A stretch of DNA of 60,183 nucleotides from the NCBI GenBank assembly GCA_050251875.1, contig JBFWMA010000010.1, positions 28,035-88,217 on the forward strand. The letters run 5' to 3'. The stretch is from Deferribacterales bacterium. GTDB taxonomy: Bacteria > Chrysiogenota > Deferribacteres > Deferribacterales > Geovibrionaceae. A model generated the notes under the pieces. That model worked only from the letters and a program-made list of their open reading frames with translations, did no database searches and was not told the origin of the DNA. The translations under genes and the position numbers were made by a program. Of the stretch, positions 29,639 through 39,986 are shown piece by piece (the stretch's first letter is position 1; every line of letters begins with the position of its first letter).

Positions 29639-30547
29639 TTACCAGCCAAATGCAAAACATGCAACATTGCCAATAGTCGCAGGAGTTGTTCCTGTATAGA
29701 GCCAAAAATCGACATATGTGACATCTTTACTCTTAACAGAGATTCGTCTATCAACCCCGCCGTTTGATTCTGACGTATAATTTCCAACGAATACAACAGA
29801 TGTTGGAAAAGCGACTGGATATATCCAGCGAGTTACGCCAGAAACGACAGTTGCTGATAAGCCCCATTGAATCATGAAGCTCTTAAAACAAACCGGGAAT
29901 TTAATATAGCCGGATGTGCCGAAAACCCAAGAAAAACCGAGAGCTGTCATAATATCGCACATCGCAGCACGCAAAAAGCCAGTTGTTACTATCTTCTGGC
30001 TATCATTGTCAGTATCTTCAATATCAACAATCTCGCTTTTGAGGATATATTGACCATGCGGGTCTTCCTTAGCCTCATGCTCAGTTACAACGCCCAGGGC
30101 GTACTCTCTAGTTGCCAGAACTTTTGAAGGGTCGACAGCCAAAGTAACAGCAGATACGGACGTAACCGCTATAGTCATCCCAACAACCACATCTGCGGCC
30201 ACTCCATCTGTCAGAACAGGCTTGATAGTGTCCGGATAATTACAGACAGCTATCAGGTCTCCATCATCATCATAAAGACCCAGCTCTCTGATAGTCCACC
30301 CACCCATCGCCGCAGAAATCACTGCGCTGGCTGTAATAGTGCTTCCTTCAGAGTCGCTATCATAATTACTAACCGATACCCTAGCCACTTCATTAACCAG
30401 AGCAGTCATCTCCGGTGCCGGGGTAATGGAAGATCCACCGCCGTCACCGATAGCCAACTGTGTAATAGATACTGCTGTCCCTGCTGTAATAGCTGCAGCT
30501 ATCTTATTACTACCAGTCGCTGTCACATACGATTTATATGTAGCCAC
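29639..30547 (-). CDS. Tail fibre protein (DUF3751-type N-terminus, gp53-like C-terminus)
   Basis: AIGDGGG..GGWTIRELGLYDDDGDLIAV..KP; C-terminal IQWG..YPVAFP..FAFGW. Confidence 0.85.
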   Translation of the reverse strand: MATYKSYVTATGSNKIAAAITAGTAVSITQLAIGDGGGSSITPAPEMTALVNEVARVSVSNYDSDSEGSTITASAVISAAMGGWTIRELGLYDDDGDLIAVCNYPDTIKPVLTDGVAADVVVGMTIAVTSVSAVTLAVDPSKVLATREYALGVVTEHEAKEDPHGQYILKSEIVDIEDTDNDSQKIVTTGFLRAAMCDIMTALGFSWVFGTSGYIKFPVCFKSFMIQWGLSATVVSGVTRWIYPVAFPTSVVFVGNYTSESNGGVDRRISVKSKDVTYVDFWLYTGTTPATIGNVACFAFGW

Positions 30548-30548
30548 A

Positions 30549-31193
30549 TTAACCTCCTACTATTATTCTATTTACAGTGTGTACATACATGCCTGTGAAT
30601 GACTCAAATGCGATGTCAAAGTCTTCCATAACCCCTGGTTGCACAATAACCATTGAGCTGGTCTGCAGACCTGACATAACATTAAGAGTGCCATCTGTTT
30701 CCAGATTATATTTAACCCCTGCCAGCTTACTTCTGGCAGGCTTAACATCGTTCATAATCTGTATATATTCATCTGTGCTACTTATCACTTCACCTGTAAC
30801 ATCAGCGAAGATCAGATAAAATTCAGCCCATCTCTCTTCATCAGTGTCTCTTAGGCTCTCTATAGTCGCAGGCAGGCCATACAACGCAAAAATAGCCTGC
30901 ACTCCGGCATCCTTTCCAGCCTGCGCAAAGAATACATATGCGGCGCAAATACGGCCTCTATACTGTTCATCTGTTTCAAATGAATAACGTTTTATAGACC
31001 TACTGTCTGCGAAGTGACGCAGGTATTGCGTCTCGCATTTAGATGGCACAAACTGATCTCTAACCCAGTTCAGCTTTTCCAGCATCTCATCCAGCACAAC
31101 TGCAATACCTTTCACCAGTGAAAGGAAAGCACTGCCGGCTCTCAGAAACGGAAAACGTAATGTCTGTGAAAAGTATTGATAAAATTTAGACAT
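30549..31193 (-). CDS. Baseplate wedge/tail protein (P2 gpI/Mu gp48 position)
   Basis: Synteny between baseplate J and fibre; ETDEQYRGRI and KPARS motifs. Confidence 0.7.
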   Translation of the reverse strand: MSKFYQYFSQTLRFPFLRAGSAFLSLVKGIAVVLDEMLEKLNWVRDQFVPSKCETQYLRHFADSRSIKRYSFETDEQYRGRICAAYVFFAQAGKDAGVQAIFALYGLPATIESLRDTDEERWAEFYLIFADVTGEVISSTDEYIQIMNDVKPARSKLAGVKYNLETDGTLNVMSGLQTSSMVIVQPGVMEDFDIAFESFTGMYVHTVNRIIVGG

Positions 31194-31197
31194 AGCA

Positions 31198-32289
31198 TCA
31201 GCTCACTGTCAGACTATTCAGCACAATCAACTGAGACTCCGTTACTGTAACATCAGCAGACGGGGACGTGATAGATACTACAGAAACATTCTCCTGCATC
31301 GCCAGGCTAATGAGACGCTGGAGTGTAAACGATGTCCCGATCTTTATTGTTGACTGAAAATAGCTATTAATGGCTGATGTAACATCAGACACAACAGTTG
31401 CGGAATCACCGCTAGACACAGTCAATGACACATCAATGTCAACAGATACAACTTCGGGCCCATAAACAGATACATCATCATTGATAGGTTTATTCGCTGC
31501 TACCAGTTCACTGACAGCAGTCAACGTGGATGCTGTCGGCACACCTGCTGTTCCCTTAACAACAACATCAACCGTGCCCTGGCCCCGCGGGTGCTGATCA
31601 CGGATCTTAACAGAGTCTACACCTGACACAGACAGTGCCCAGCTTTCATACGCATACTTAGTACAGCCATTCGTTGACTTCCAGACGAGGAAGTACCTGG
31701 CTCTCAGTTCATCATCCGTTTCTTTATCCCTTCCTTCAGATGTAAGCCAGTCGGCAGAATTAGTAACAGATGCTATCCCTGTGATTGATGTCACTATTAT
31801 AGAGATCATCCCGGTAACAACGTTACCGTTTGCACCATACTCTTCAGCCTCAACCGGAACGACATATGTATTATCTGCAGATGCCATAACAACAGCAGAT
31901 GTAGTCACAAAACGATAGACGTTACCGTCCACATCTGCCTCCGTCTTGAATATCTTACCAGCCGGAATACGGATATTTCCGCTCTGGCTTCGTGTGACTA
32001 TCACATTACCTGTCGCTTTCGTTGCCGCTTTTCGTGTTACTCCCACCTGAGTACAATGCAGATCCAGCCACAACCCTGTTGCGGTGGACGGGAACGCCTG
32101 TTTCAGGATTGACACCAGAAACAGATACAACTGATATAAACCCCAACAGAACAGTTCTATAATGCCTCTGATAGGCCCTCTATTCAGATTCAGCTTACGG
32201 GGTAAGCCGTCAGCTTGCTGCTGTTCTTCCAGCTTTGCGTAAACGTCTGAACGAACATCAGTTAACGTCTTATCAATCGGTATTGACAT
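31198..32289 (-). CDS. Baseplate J/gp47 family protein
   Basis: TATGLWLDLH, ETDDELRARY, YESWALSVSGV, RGQGTVDV. Confidence 0.9.
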   Translation of the reverse strand: MSIPIDKTLTDVRSDVYAKLEEQQQADGLPRKLNLNRGPIRGIIELFCWGLYQLYLFLVSILKQAFPSTATGLWLDLHCTQVGVTRKAATKATGNVIVTRSQSGNIRIPAGKIFKTEADVDGNVYRFVTTSAVVMASADNTYVVPVEAEEYGANGNVVTGMISIIVTSITGIASVTNSADWLTSEGRDKETDDELRARYFLVWKSTNGCTKYAYESWALSVSGVDSVKIRDQHPRGQGTVDVVVKGTAGVPTASTLTAVSELVAANKPINDDVSVYGPEVVSVDIDVSLTVSSGDSATVVSDVTSAINSYFQSTIKIGTSFTLQRLISLAMQENVSVVSITSPSADVTVTESQLIVLNSLTVS

Positions 32290-32689
32290 CTTCCACCACC
32301 GTTACATAATCATCACCTATACTGATATGCAGAAACTGTTCAGTTTCTGTCTCATACAGGCTGTATTGTGCCTGCGCAGTGATACCGTCTTCATCCCAGC
32401 TTATCAGTGTAGCTGTAACAGACAACGGTATCACACGGCTATCCATCTCTATTCGGGTCTCTATTTCAGCAATCAACGCCTGTCTGTTGATTGCGGTGTT
32501 TTCTTCATTAATGAACAGGTATAAATAACTGCCGAATTCTTCGTCATAAAACAGACACCCAACAGGAAGCTGAAGGCGCAGACGTATGTCCTGGTTTATG
32601 ACGTCCACGTCTGATACCATCTTACACTCGCCCTGTAGTGTCACAGCAGGGATCAGATCACTACCAACATAAATGTCACCAACATTCAT
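32273..32689 (-). CDS. Baseplate wedge gp25/gp46-like protein
   Basis: QDIRLRL...LFYDEEFGS..DSRV; synteny. Confidence 0.7.
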   Translation of the reverse strand: MNVGDIYVGSDLIPAVTLQGECKMVSDVDVINQDIRLRLQLPVGCLFYDEEFGSYLYLFINEENTAINRQALIAEIETRIEMDSRVIPLSVTATLISWDEDGITAQAQYSLYETETEQFLHISIGDDYVTVVEDVNTD

Positions 32690-33399
32690 TGCGTTGCCAC
32701 TCCTGTGTAGTTATTACCGTCTGTGATAGGGTGTCTATGCTCCTTCAGGCTGATATTATCAGCTATAACATCACCATCATCCACCTTAACACCCTTCTTA
32801 AATGTCGCTATACCTCCGGTTCCATATGTACCCTCTGATGCTATACCGCCGGTGGTGAGTAGTTTTGCGTTCTCCATATTACCGGAGTTCTGTACGAGTG
32901 GAGTATCCAAAACAATCTTTTCTGAGGCTGTTAATATTATAGTATCTGCAGTGGCCATCACGTCACCTGGGGTTCTTACCTCAACGTCTGTGTTCGCACA
33001 GATACGCACATACACACCATCACTCTGCTGAATGATAAAGTCGCCAACTTCTGCTGCAGGTGCGCCGTTATTAAGCCAGCGAAAGTTGCTGATACGGGGA
33101 AAAGACGGGTCACCGTCATAGTATTCAAGATCACACATACTGCCGACAGCGGGAGGGCACACAATGCCTCTACTCTGGCCAGCCCAGATAACAGGGATCT
33201 CGACACATGTCAGAACCGGCTCGTTCGAGTCTTCAGACTCGTCATTACGTAACGGCTGCACATCACAGAAATACCTGCCGTCACTGGCGTATGTGGCCAC
33301 GACCTTTGCCTTGCGTACAACACGATAGTATTTCCGCAGGTTAGGCATAACGATTTCTACAGCTCGCTTTAAGAGTGCCTTCAGATCAGTATTTTTCAT
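32686..33399 (-). CDS. Baseplate spike (gpV/gp45-like)
   Basis: OB-fold-like N-terminus and C-terminal ISLKEHRH metal-binding HxH. Confidence 0.8.
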   Translation of the reverse strand: MKNTDLKALLKRAVEIVMPNLRKYYRVVRKAKVVATYASDGRYFCDVQPLRNDESEDSNEPVLTCVEIPVIWAGQSRGIVCPPAVGSMCDLEYYDGDPSFPRISNFRWLNNGAPAAEVGDFIIQQSDGVYVRICANTDVEVRTPGDVMATADTIILTASEKIVLDTPLVQNSGNMENAKLLTTGGIASEGTYGTGGIATFKKGVKVDDGDVIADNISLKEHRHPITDGNNYTGVATQ

Positions 33400-34183
33400 A
33401 ACCGCCTCCGTACTCTATAAATGTCCGGACATATTTATCACCGAAGATATGTAAGACACCGGATGCCATGAATGTATCATCAATGCCGGCAGTCTTATCA
33501 ATCAGCCGGAAAGTGCGGCTATGAGTAAAACCAACCAACGGCCATGTTTCTACAGTTTGCTTACCGCCATACCCTGGCAGACCAGGCATATGAGAGATAA
33601 GGCCTTCCTGAGAAGCAACAATAGGCACATCACCGTCTATACCGTGAGTACCCCAATTCCACTGGCCATCTGCCAGAAACAGTGCATAGTCAGACATATC
33701 TATTCCGTATGCTGTCTGCAGAGAATGTTCAACCTTACGCACCAGATCATGCACTGTGATGTTTGATGCTGTGAACGCAGGCAGAGATATTTCATCATCC
33801 TGAATCGTGCCGATTTCACCTATCCTGCCCAGGACATTTTTTATGATTGCCGCCGCCGAGTCCCCGGCCCAGAACTCAGTGATCTTCGTCTTAAAAACAG
33901 CTCGACCGGCATCGCCGCAAACGATGTAAAGGTTATCATTACTGCGGTGGAACTGTATAATAGTGCCGCTCCATGTCGCCTGGTCTCCAGACCTGTAGCC
34001 ATATGTCAGCACAGCCGCCATACCCGCTGAAAAGGTGTTGTATAGTTCAGCATCAGGATCAGCGAGTGTCAGATAACACAGGCTCATCGGAGCAAATCTG
34101 TTGTACCAGATACGCATTTCAGGTACCCGTGTTACCTTATAGTCTCCTATCTGCAGATCAGTTATGATTCCATCTATGAGCAT
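33386..34183 (-). CDS. Baseplate hub (gp44/gpD-like) candidate
   Basis: Position upstream of the spike; WSGTIIQF pattern. Confidence 0.55.
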   Translation of the reverse strand: MLIDGIITDLQIGDYKVTRVPEMRIWYNRFAPMSLCYLTLADPDAELYNTFSAGMAAVLTYGYRSGDQATWSGTIIQFHRSNDNLYIVCGDAGRAVFKTKITEFWAGDSAAAIIKNVLGRIGEIGTIQDDEISLPAFTASNITVHDLVRKVEHSLQTAYGIDMSDYALFLADGQWNWGTHGIDGDVPIVASQEGLISHMPGLPGYGGKQTVETWPLVGFTHSRTFRLIDKTAGIDDTFMASGVLHIFGDKYVRTFIEYGGGYEKY

Positions 34184-34704
34184 CAGCTACCCTTCTTTAC
34201 ATCTACAGTCAGCGTTTCATCTAATACAGGGTTTGACGAGGTGGTTATGGGTGTTGTTTTACTTGCCACAGCCTTTTCAACTTTCATAATAGCGGGCAGA
34301 TACTCCTGAAACTGCATAGTGCATCTGATGATGTCATCCTGATCAGTCTCAGAACTCTCCAGCCTGCTGAAAACAATCTTCTTTATTCCCCTAGCCAGCG
34401 TGTGCCTGTTCCTCACTTCATATACCTGCGGTCTGCCGCCTGTGCCATGCCCTTTAAACGTCTTATCCAGCTCCGTCAGCTTTGCATAACAGTCGCTATC
34501 GTTATCAGTCAGCAGGTCAATAACAATAGAGACATCTGCGTCTGTCCAACCCATCGCAACCTTTTTCTTGCCGCTCTGGCCATCTTCCTTTGCGTCACTA
34601 AACTCAACCTCTGAACCCACTGTCGCAGAGATCAGAATACCCGGGAGCAGCTTGCCGCCTAAAGTAACTTTTCCGTCATCAAAACTTATGCTATTCACCA
34701 CCAT
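34183..34704 (-). CDS. Tail/baseplate protein (tube-initiator position)
   Basis: Synteny after the tape measure gene. Confidence 0.5.
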   Translation of the reverse strand: MVVNSISFDDGKVTLGGKLLPGILISATVGSEVEFSDAKEDGQSGKKKVAMGWTDADVSIVIDLLTDNDSDCYAKLTELDKTFKGHGTGGRPQVYEVRNRHTLARGIKKIVFSRLESSETDQDDIIRCTMQFQEYLPAIMKVEKAVASKTTPITTSSNPVLDETLTVDVKKGS

Positions 34705-37168
34705 GCTCCTCCACTAATTGCTGTAATTTTTTTATAAAGTCATCAGGGTCGCTAACATCCGTCAGAGTTAAGTTCTGTATAATGATAGTCAACCCGTCTT
34801 TCTTTCCTGTCTGAGTCAGCTTATTATCCTTCACCTGTGGCTGAACTTTAGGAGCGGGAACAGACACAGGTGCCGCCACCTGCACTTCCTGCGCCTCACC
34901 GTTCATGCCGGGGATCTGCCCGAAGCCATCAGCTACAGCACCGGATAACACCGGAGACGCAGCTATAACACCAACCGCCAACGTAGACATGATCTTACTA
35001 CCTGACAGAGTCAGCTGACTTAACGGGCCTTCTTTTGCGTCACTGAACGGAAGGAGCTGACGGAGCTTGGTAAAACCGCCTTTCACGGCCTCTACAGGCG
35101 CCATTATCTTCTGCTTGATACCTGTCACCAGAGTGGTGACCATCTTGGCTCCGGAAGCAGAGAGATCTATATTTCTGATAAAATCTATAACCGCCTTAAT
35201 GGAGCGGATCAGAATAGCGATGGGGTTATTCCTGACTATGAACATCAGGCCATCAACAGCAACGTGGCCGAAAGTAGTAAAGGCTCTGCCCACAGCTGCA
35301 GGAGCATCAGCCAGCGACCTGACAGCACGCACCAGAAGCGATATGATGCGGATAGGCAGTAGGATAACCTGAACCACCATGCTCATCACCGTGCCCACAA
35401 TCCTGCCGAACGCACGCCAGCCTGAAGCATCTGTTCCTGCGGTCATAATACCCAGCTTCTCAGCCACCCAACCAATCACTGAACCGACTGCCTTCAAAAC
35501 TACTCCCAGAGGGGCAAATGCGTCAGAGACCATCGGGCCTATCTCTGAGAACGCTGACTGAAACGGCTCTATAAAACCTGCCGCAAATTCCTTAATCCTA
35601 TATAAAATCTTAGCAATCGTTGTAACGGCGCCGACAAGACCGGCAGCCTTTATCTCACCGGCTAGCGCACCTTTAACAGTACCTACCCCATCTTTCATAC
35701 TCTTAAAAACGGCACTAACACCCTTAAAGACCAGGCTGATTTTCTTCCACCACCCGCTGATTGTGTCCGCTATGCCGCCGAAATTTTTACGGTATGCGAT
35801 ATACAGAGCAACCACAGCTCCTATAGCCAGCCAGATAGGCCATGTAATAGCGCCGATCATAGCGCCCAGCGGAGCAAGAGCAGCGGTGACCATAGGCATC
35901 ACGAATGATGCTGAAGCCATAGCCGCTGAAAACGCAAAGAGAGCAATGACAACACCGGAGATGATCAGTACCAGATTCAGCAGCGAACGTCCGAAACCGC
36001 TGGATGCCAGGGCAGACGCCGCACGCTGTAACCACAGAATCACAGATGAAAACGCAGTAACAACAGTGTTTATCATCGGTGCAAAAATACCGCCCACTAT
36101 CTCAAGCAGGTTATGAAACCGCTGACCGGCTATCTGCATCGATGCGCCGAGGTGATTATTCATCGTCTGTGCCATCTCTAGTGTGAACTGCTTACCGCCT
36201 TTCATCGCCGTATCCAGACTGACGATGTTTGTCTGCAGATCTCCGACTTTGTTATAAAGCAGGTCAATGAGTGCTACCGCCTCCTCTGTGCCGAAAGCCT
36301 TCGTCATCTCCATTTTTTCTACTGCGTCTATAGTTTCGCCATACTTACTCTTGATAGCTGTCAGTATCTCCGGCATACCCAGAAGCTGATTATTAGCGTC
36401 CATGAAACGCAGACCAAGTTCTTTACCTGCGGATGCCGCTTTTGATATGAATGCTCTATATTTTGTTCCGGCTTCAGATCCGCTCATTGTCGCCTGCAGC
36501 ATACCCAGTATTGAAAGCTGTTCCTTCAAAGGTACCTGGGCGTTTGTCGCCGCTGCGCCGATGGAACTGATTGCCGCTGCCATCTCAGAACCAGTTGTTT
36601 TAAAGTTTTTAACCGAGGCTGATATACCTCCTGAAAAGACCTGACCAAACTCTATGTCACTGAGCTGGCTGTATTGCTGGCGAAATATCCCGTAACCCGT
36701 TGCAAACAGGCTGGTCATTTCACCAACAGTGCTTTTTGTTGCCTTTGCTGTGGCACCGGCCAGCGCCGTAAACTCCGCAACACCCTCATCTGATAATGAG
36801 GATATACCGGACTTTATGTCGTATGCAGCCGCAAGAAAATCGGCTTTTGTCGAGCCTGCAAAGTTATTTGAAAAGTTAGTGGCGGCAGACTCCAGAGCCG
36901 TCATGTCTGTGATGCCGACAGACGCCAGCTCACCCAGACGGCTCTGAGTCTCTATAGTAGATGATGCAACAGACCACAGCGCACCTACGATGGCAACAGC
37001 AGCCACAGAGACGAGTGTCATTGATTTTGCGACACGAGCCATTTTCATAGACAGGCTGTCACCTGCCCGCTCTGTGTTTTTTATATTACTGTTTATGCGC
37101 TTTAGCGGGCCTGAGATCATATCAGTCAGTCTGAATATAGACCCCAGAACCATACTGTTACCGACCAT
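34691..37168 (-). CDS. Tail tape measure protein
   Basis: 825 aa, Ala/Gly-rich, SGSEAGTKYRA TP901-like motif, hydrophobic central segments. Confidence 0.92.
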   Translation of the reverse strand: MVGNSMVLGSIFRLTDMISGPLKRINSNIKNTERAGDSLSMKMARVAKSMTLVSVAAVAIVGALWSVASSTIETQSRLGELASVGITDMTALESAATNFSNNFAGSTKADFLAAAYDIKSGISSLSDEGVAEFTALAGATAKATKSTVGEMTSLFATGYGIFRQQYSQLSDIEFGQVFSGGISASVKNFKTTGSEMAAAISSIGAAATNAQVPLKEQLSILGMLQATMSGSEAGTKYRAFISKAASAGKELGLRFMDANNQLLGMPEILTAIKSKYGETIDAVEKMEMTKAFGTEEAVALIDLLYNKVGDLQTNIVSLDTAMKGGKQFTLEMAQTMNNHLGASMQIAGQRFHNLLEIVGGIFAPMINTVVTAFSSVILWLQRAASALASSGFGRSLLNLVLIISGVVIALFAFSAAMASASFVMPMVTAALAPLGAMIGAITWPIWLAIGAVVALYIAYRKNFGGIADTISGWWKKISLVFKGVSAVFKSMKDGVGTVKGALAGEIKAAGLVGAVTTIAKILYRIKEFAAGFIEPFQSAFSEIGPMVSDAFAPLGVVLKAVGSVIGWVAEKLGIMTAGTDASGWRAFGRIVGTVMSMVVQVILLPIRIISLLVRAVRSLADAPAAVGRAFTTFGHVAVDGLMFIVRNNPIAILIRSIKAVIDFIRNIDLSASGAKMVTTLVTGIKQKIMAPVEAVKGGFTKLRQLLPFSDAKEGPLSQLTLSGSKIMSTLAVGVIAASPVLSGAVADGFGQIPGMNGEAQEVQVAAPVSVPAPKVQPQVKDNKLTQTGKKDGLTIIIQNLTLTDVSDPDDFIKKLQQLVEEHGGE

Positions 37169-37342
37169 CTACTCACCTTTGGTATGAAATGATTTCCAAT
37201 ATCTCTCTTCAACCCACAGCGCCTGAGCCGCCTGCATATTAAAAACATCCATGTCTTCAGCGGGCGACTCATGCAGCCAGTGTTTTATGAGAGCGTCATA
37301 CTGTCCAAATATGGACAGTTCCTGTTTTAACCGGGGGATTAC
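37169..37342 (-). CDS. -1 frameshift extension of the tail assembly chaperone (gpT-like)
   Basis: Open -1 frame after GGGAAAG: VIPRLKQELSIFGQYDALIKHWLHE...HTKGE*, stop abutting the tape measure ATG. Confidence 0.8.
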   Translation of the reverse strand, partial: VIPRLKQELSIFGQYDALIKHWLHESPAEDMDVFNMQAAQALWVEERYWKSFHTKGE

Positions 37343-37662
37343 TTTCCCACGCTGTTATATCCCAGCTTCACATAGATAGCGTCACTGAATGACTGCTTCA
37401 GACCGGGATAGTCTTCCAGTTCAGATGTCAGCGCCGCTTTCTCATCAGGGTGTACAAGCTGCAGCAGAAGAGTTGCCATAGCACGTTCGCCTTTGTTTTT
37501 CTGAATGTCAGCGTTTGTACGCTCTATCATAGTTTTTGAGGGCTTTGAAAATTTGTGTGTGATTTTAACCGAATCACCACCCCAGTTTTCAAACTCAGCA
37601 TCCAGCGTGAGATACTGTATCTGACTTGTCTCTGTTGTCTCTTTTGACTCATTTTCGTTCAT
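37339..37662 (-). CDS. Tail assembly chaperone (gpG-like)
   Basis: Between tube and tape measure; ends GTG GGA AAG TAA. Confidence 0.8.
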   Translation of the reverse strand: MNENESKETTETSQIQYLTLDAEFENWGGDSVKITHKFSKPSKTMIERTNADIQKNKGERAMATLLLQLVHPDEKAALTSELEDYPGLKQSFSDAIYVKLGYNSVGK

Positions 37663-37672
37663 TTATGTCTCC

Positions 37673-38104
37673 TTATGACACCGCTGAAATACCATTCCAG
37701 CGGATGGGTTCAAGTATTGTTATATCCAGCTTATGCTCTCCGGCTGTCGTCTCTCCCTGTTTTGCTGATGACTCATTCTTTGTGAAGACGCACTTAGGCA
37801 GAACATCACCTACTGTTGGCTGGTCATCGTTTGCATAGCTTACAAGGATAGGCAACGGCTCTGCATCATAGACACTGCCGCCACATGCCGCCTGGAGTTT
37901 AAGAAACTCATCTTTGTCCATAGTTATTGAGCCGCTTGCCTTATAGTTTCCTCTGCCGTATCCACGGGGTTTTGACCCTTTGCCATAGCGGGCTTCTATA
38001 GCTCTTTCATCAGAGTACGAGATTTCAGTCATACCTATACTAACGCCGTAAGGCATCATGATCTCAACACTCTCCCAGTCATATTGAATACCGTTAACTG
38101 ACAT
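37673..38104 (-). CDS. Tail tube protein
   Basis: VNGIQYDWESV..YGKGSKPRGYGRGNYKASGSITM; follows sheath. Confidence 0.8.
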   Translation of the reverse strand: MSVNGIQYDWESVEIMMPYGVSIGMTEISYSDERAIEARYGKGSKPRGYGRGNYKASGSITMDKDEFLKLQAACGGSVYDAEPLPILVSYANDDQPTVGDVLPKCVFTKNESSAKQGETTAGEHKLDITILEPIRWNGISAVS

Positions 38105-38106
38105 GA

Positions 38107-39786
38107 TTACACCTCCAGTCTGCTGTCGGCACTGCTGCCGGCATACACATATCTGGCATAGAGCTTAATGCTCTTGATAACCGGTATACCGATGAGCTCT
38201 AACTCAGCGGCTATTCCGTTATTCACAATATCCTGACCGTCAGGGAATGTGACTATACACTCTGCCAGCTCCTGGGGAGATGCAGCCGCCATAGTGTTCA
38301 CAGCCCCCTCTATGTTAGTTGCCAGATATGTCAGACCTGATGCGCCATCAGTGGCTATAGGGTCACCGACTTCGTCATACATGGATTTCAAAGCTGCCTT
38401 TCTTGCAAGGCGCAGCGCTTTAAACACCGTTCTGACAACACGCAGATACAGAAAGTCTGATGTGTCATCAGCCATTGTCATGGCGTCTTCCCAGTATGTA
38501 CCGTCAAGTCCGGCGTAAAACTTGGCAACTGTGTATCCCGCCTCTGCCAGCAGAGTGATGTGGCTTTCATTGTAGCCTTCAGGCAGGCTAAGTTGTGATA
38601 CTGCAGCATCACGGACACGCCCGACAGAGCGCATGACAGGTATTGAAAGTATACGTCCCTGCAGTAGGCCTCCGGCATTGCGCTGCTGTGTATATCCATC
38701 GCTGGCTGAGATCTCGCCATATGCGGCACACACAGTCAGAAAACGGTATGAGAAGCCCTGGCGCTCGGCTATCATCGCTGTTGTCCAGTCATCAATGGAT
38801 TCGTTTGAATACGGCATTCTGGACTCGCAAAGAAAATATGTCGGGCGATGCTTGTTAAAAAGCTCATCTGCGTATGTTGCAAATGAGGCCCAGTCTACAG
38901 AATCCGTGGGGCCGACAACATAAACGTTCTCAACATCGTAAACTTCCAGCGGCTGTTCTATTGCAGACATTACGTTGCTAACAGTAGGCACGGGCGCCAG
39001 CAGACGGAATGTATATGTGTCTCCGACAACTGCGTCTGAATCAGGGAATGTGATAGTCACGCCCGTGGAGCCGACCTTTATAACCCCATCGCTGGGGATT
39101 GTCTTCTCTGTGCCGTAGTTATCACCATCAAGACTGAGCTGGTATGTTCCCTCGTTGCGGCCGCCGGATGATGTGATCAGCAGTATAATGTCAGCGCCCA
39201 TAGTCACAGTGCCGGCAACTGATATATTAGGGCCTGTACCGACGTGTTTAACCGGGCCTATCGGTGTACGCACAGCAAAGCTGTATGTATCATCCAGTGC
39301 CAGATCTCCGGCAAAAACAACGTTTGCGCCGTATGTGGTCAAAGCAAGAATACCGTCAGCGCCAACCTGCTGTGAACTGCCGTATGTTGTACCGCCGTCC
39401 ACCGAAACCTTAACAGTGGCAACACCCAGAACTCCTGCGGAGTCAACCTTGATAACAACATCCGCACTACCCGCCGCCACACCTGACACCGTGGCTTCAG
39501 CTCCGTCTCCGGCATGTGTGATATTTGTGATATAGCCTCCGGCTATTCCGGCGCACGGCACTGCCACAACCACAGCATCCTGACCACCTGTTGCGAACAG
39601 ATCACGCAGTGCATCAACCAGGGCACCATACCCCAGCAGGCTGTTCAGGTTAGAACTTTTGCCGAGGAGATACGCTTTACCGGCTGTTCCTGCAGAACAG
39701 ACTCCAGTTACGAGTGTGCTGCCGGATACGTCACCGGGAGCCAGCCCACTGGTACCGTCAACAATGTACTCAAATACATCATTCAT
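38107..39786 (-). CDS. Tail sheath protein (DUF2586-like)
   Basis: 559 aa, SVGRVRD, YWEDAMTM..SDFLYLRVVRTVFKA; synteny. Confidence 0.8.
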   Translation of the reverse strand: MNDVFEYIVDGTSGLAPGDVSGSTLVTGVCSAGTAGKAYLLGKSSNLNSLLGYGALVDALRDLFATGGQDAVVVAVPCAGIAGGYITNITHAGDGAEATVSGVAAGSADVVIKVDSAGVLGVATVKVSVDGGTTYGSSQQVGADGILALTTYGANVVFAGDLALDDTYSFAVRTPIGPVKHVGTGPNISVAGTVTMGADIILLITSSGGRNEGTYQLSLDGDNYGTEKTIPSDGVIKVGSTGVTITFPDSDAVVGDTYTFRLLAPVPTVSNVMSAIEQPLEVYDVENVYVVGPTDSVDWASFATYADELFNKHRPTYFLCESRMPYSNESIDDWTTAMIAERQGFSYRFLTVCAAYGEISASDGYTQQRNAGGLLQGRILSIPVMRSVGRVRDAAVSQLSLPEGYNESHITLLAEAGYTVAKFYAGLDGTYWEDAMTMADDTSDFLYLRVVRTVFKALRLARKAALKSMYDEVGDPIATDGASGLTYLATNIEGAVNTMAAASPQELAECIVTFPDGQDIVNNGIAAELELIGIPVIKSIKLYARYVYAGSSADSRLEV

Positions 39787-39983
39787 TTTTTACCTCCGCC
39801 CATCTGGCGCTCATCAAACTGCTTAACAGCCGCTGACCATTCTGTTTCAGAGACCTGTTTACCGGCTTTCCAGCCTTTCATTGCGCAGACGCCTGCCATC
39901 TTCCATGACGGCAGGTCTTTACCCAGCTCGGCTATGTCAACGAGCTTTACCGTTGTTTCATCCGTTGGGACTTTTTTAGCCAT
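39783..39983 (-). CDS. Small phage protein before the sheath
   Basis: Coupled ORF with KGWKAGKQVSETEW. Confidence 0.6.
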   Translation of the reverse strand: MAKKVPTDETTVKLVDIAELGKDLPSWKMAGVCAMKGWKAGKQVSETEWSAAVKQFDERQMGGGKK

Positions 39984-39986
39984 CTG

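Noticed and set aside
29242..30547. Mu G-segment-like invertible tail fibre cassette
   Set aside because: Single fibre and chaperone; no invertase, no opposed alternative 3' end, no flanking inverted repeats seen.
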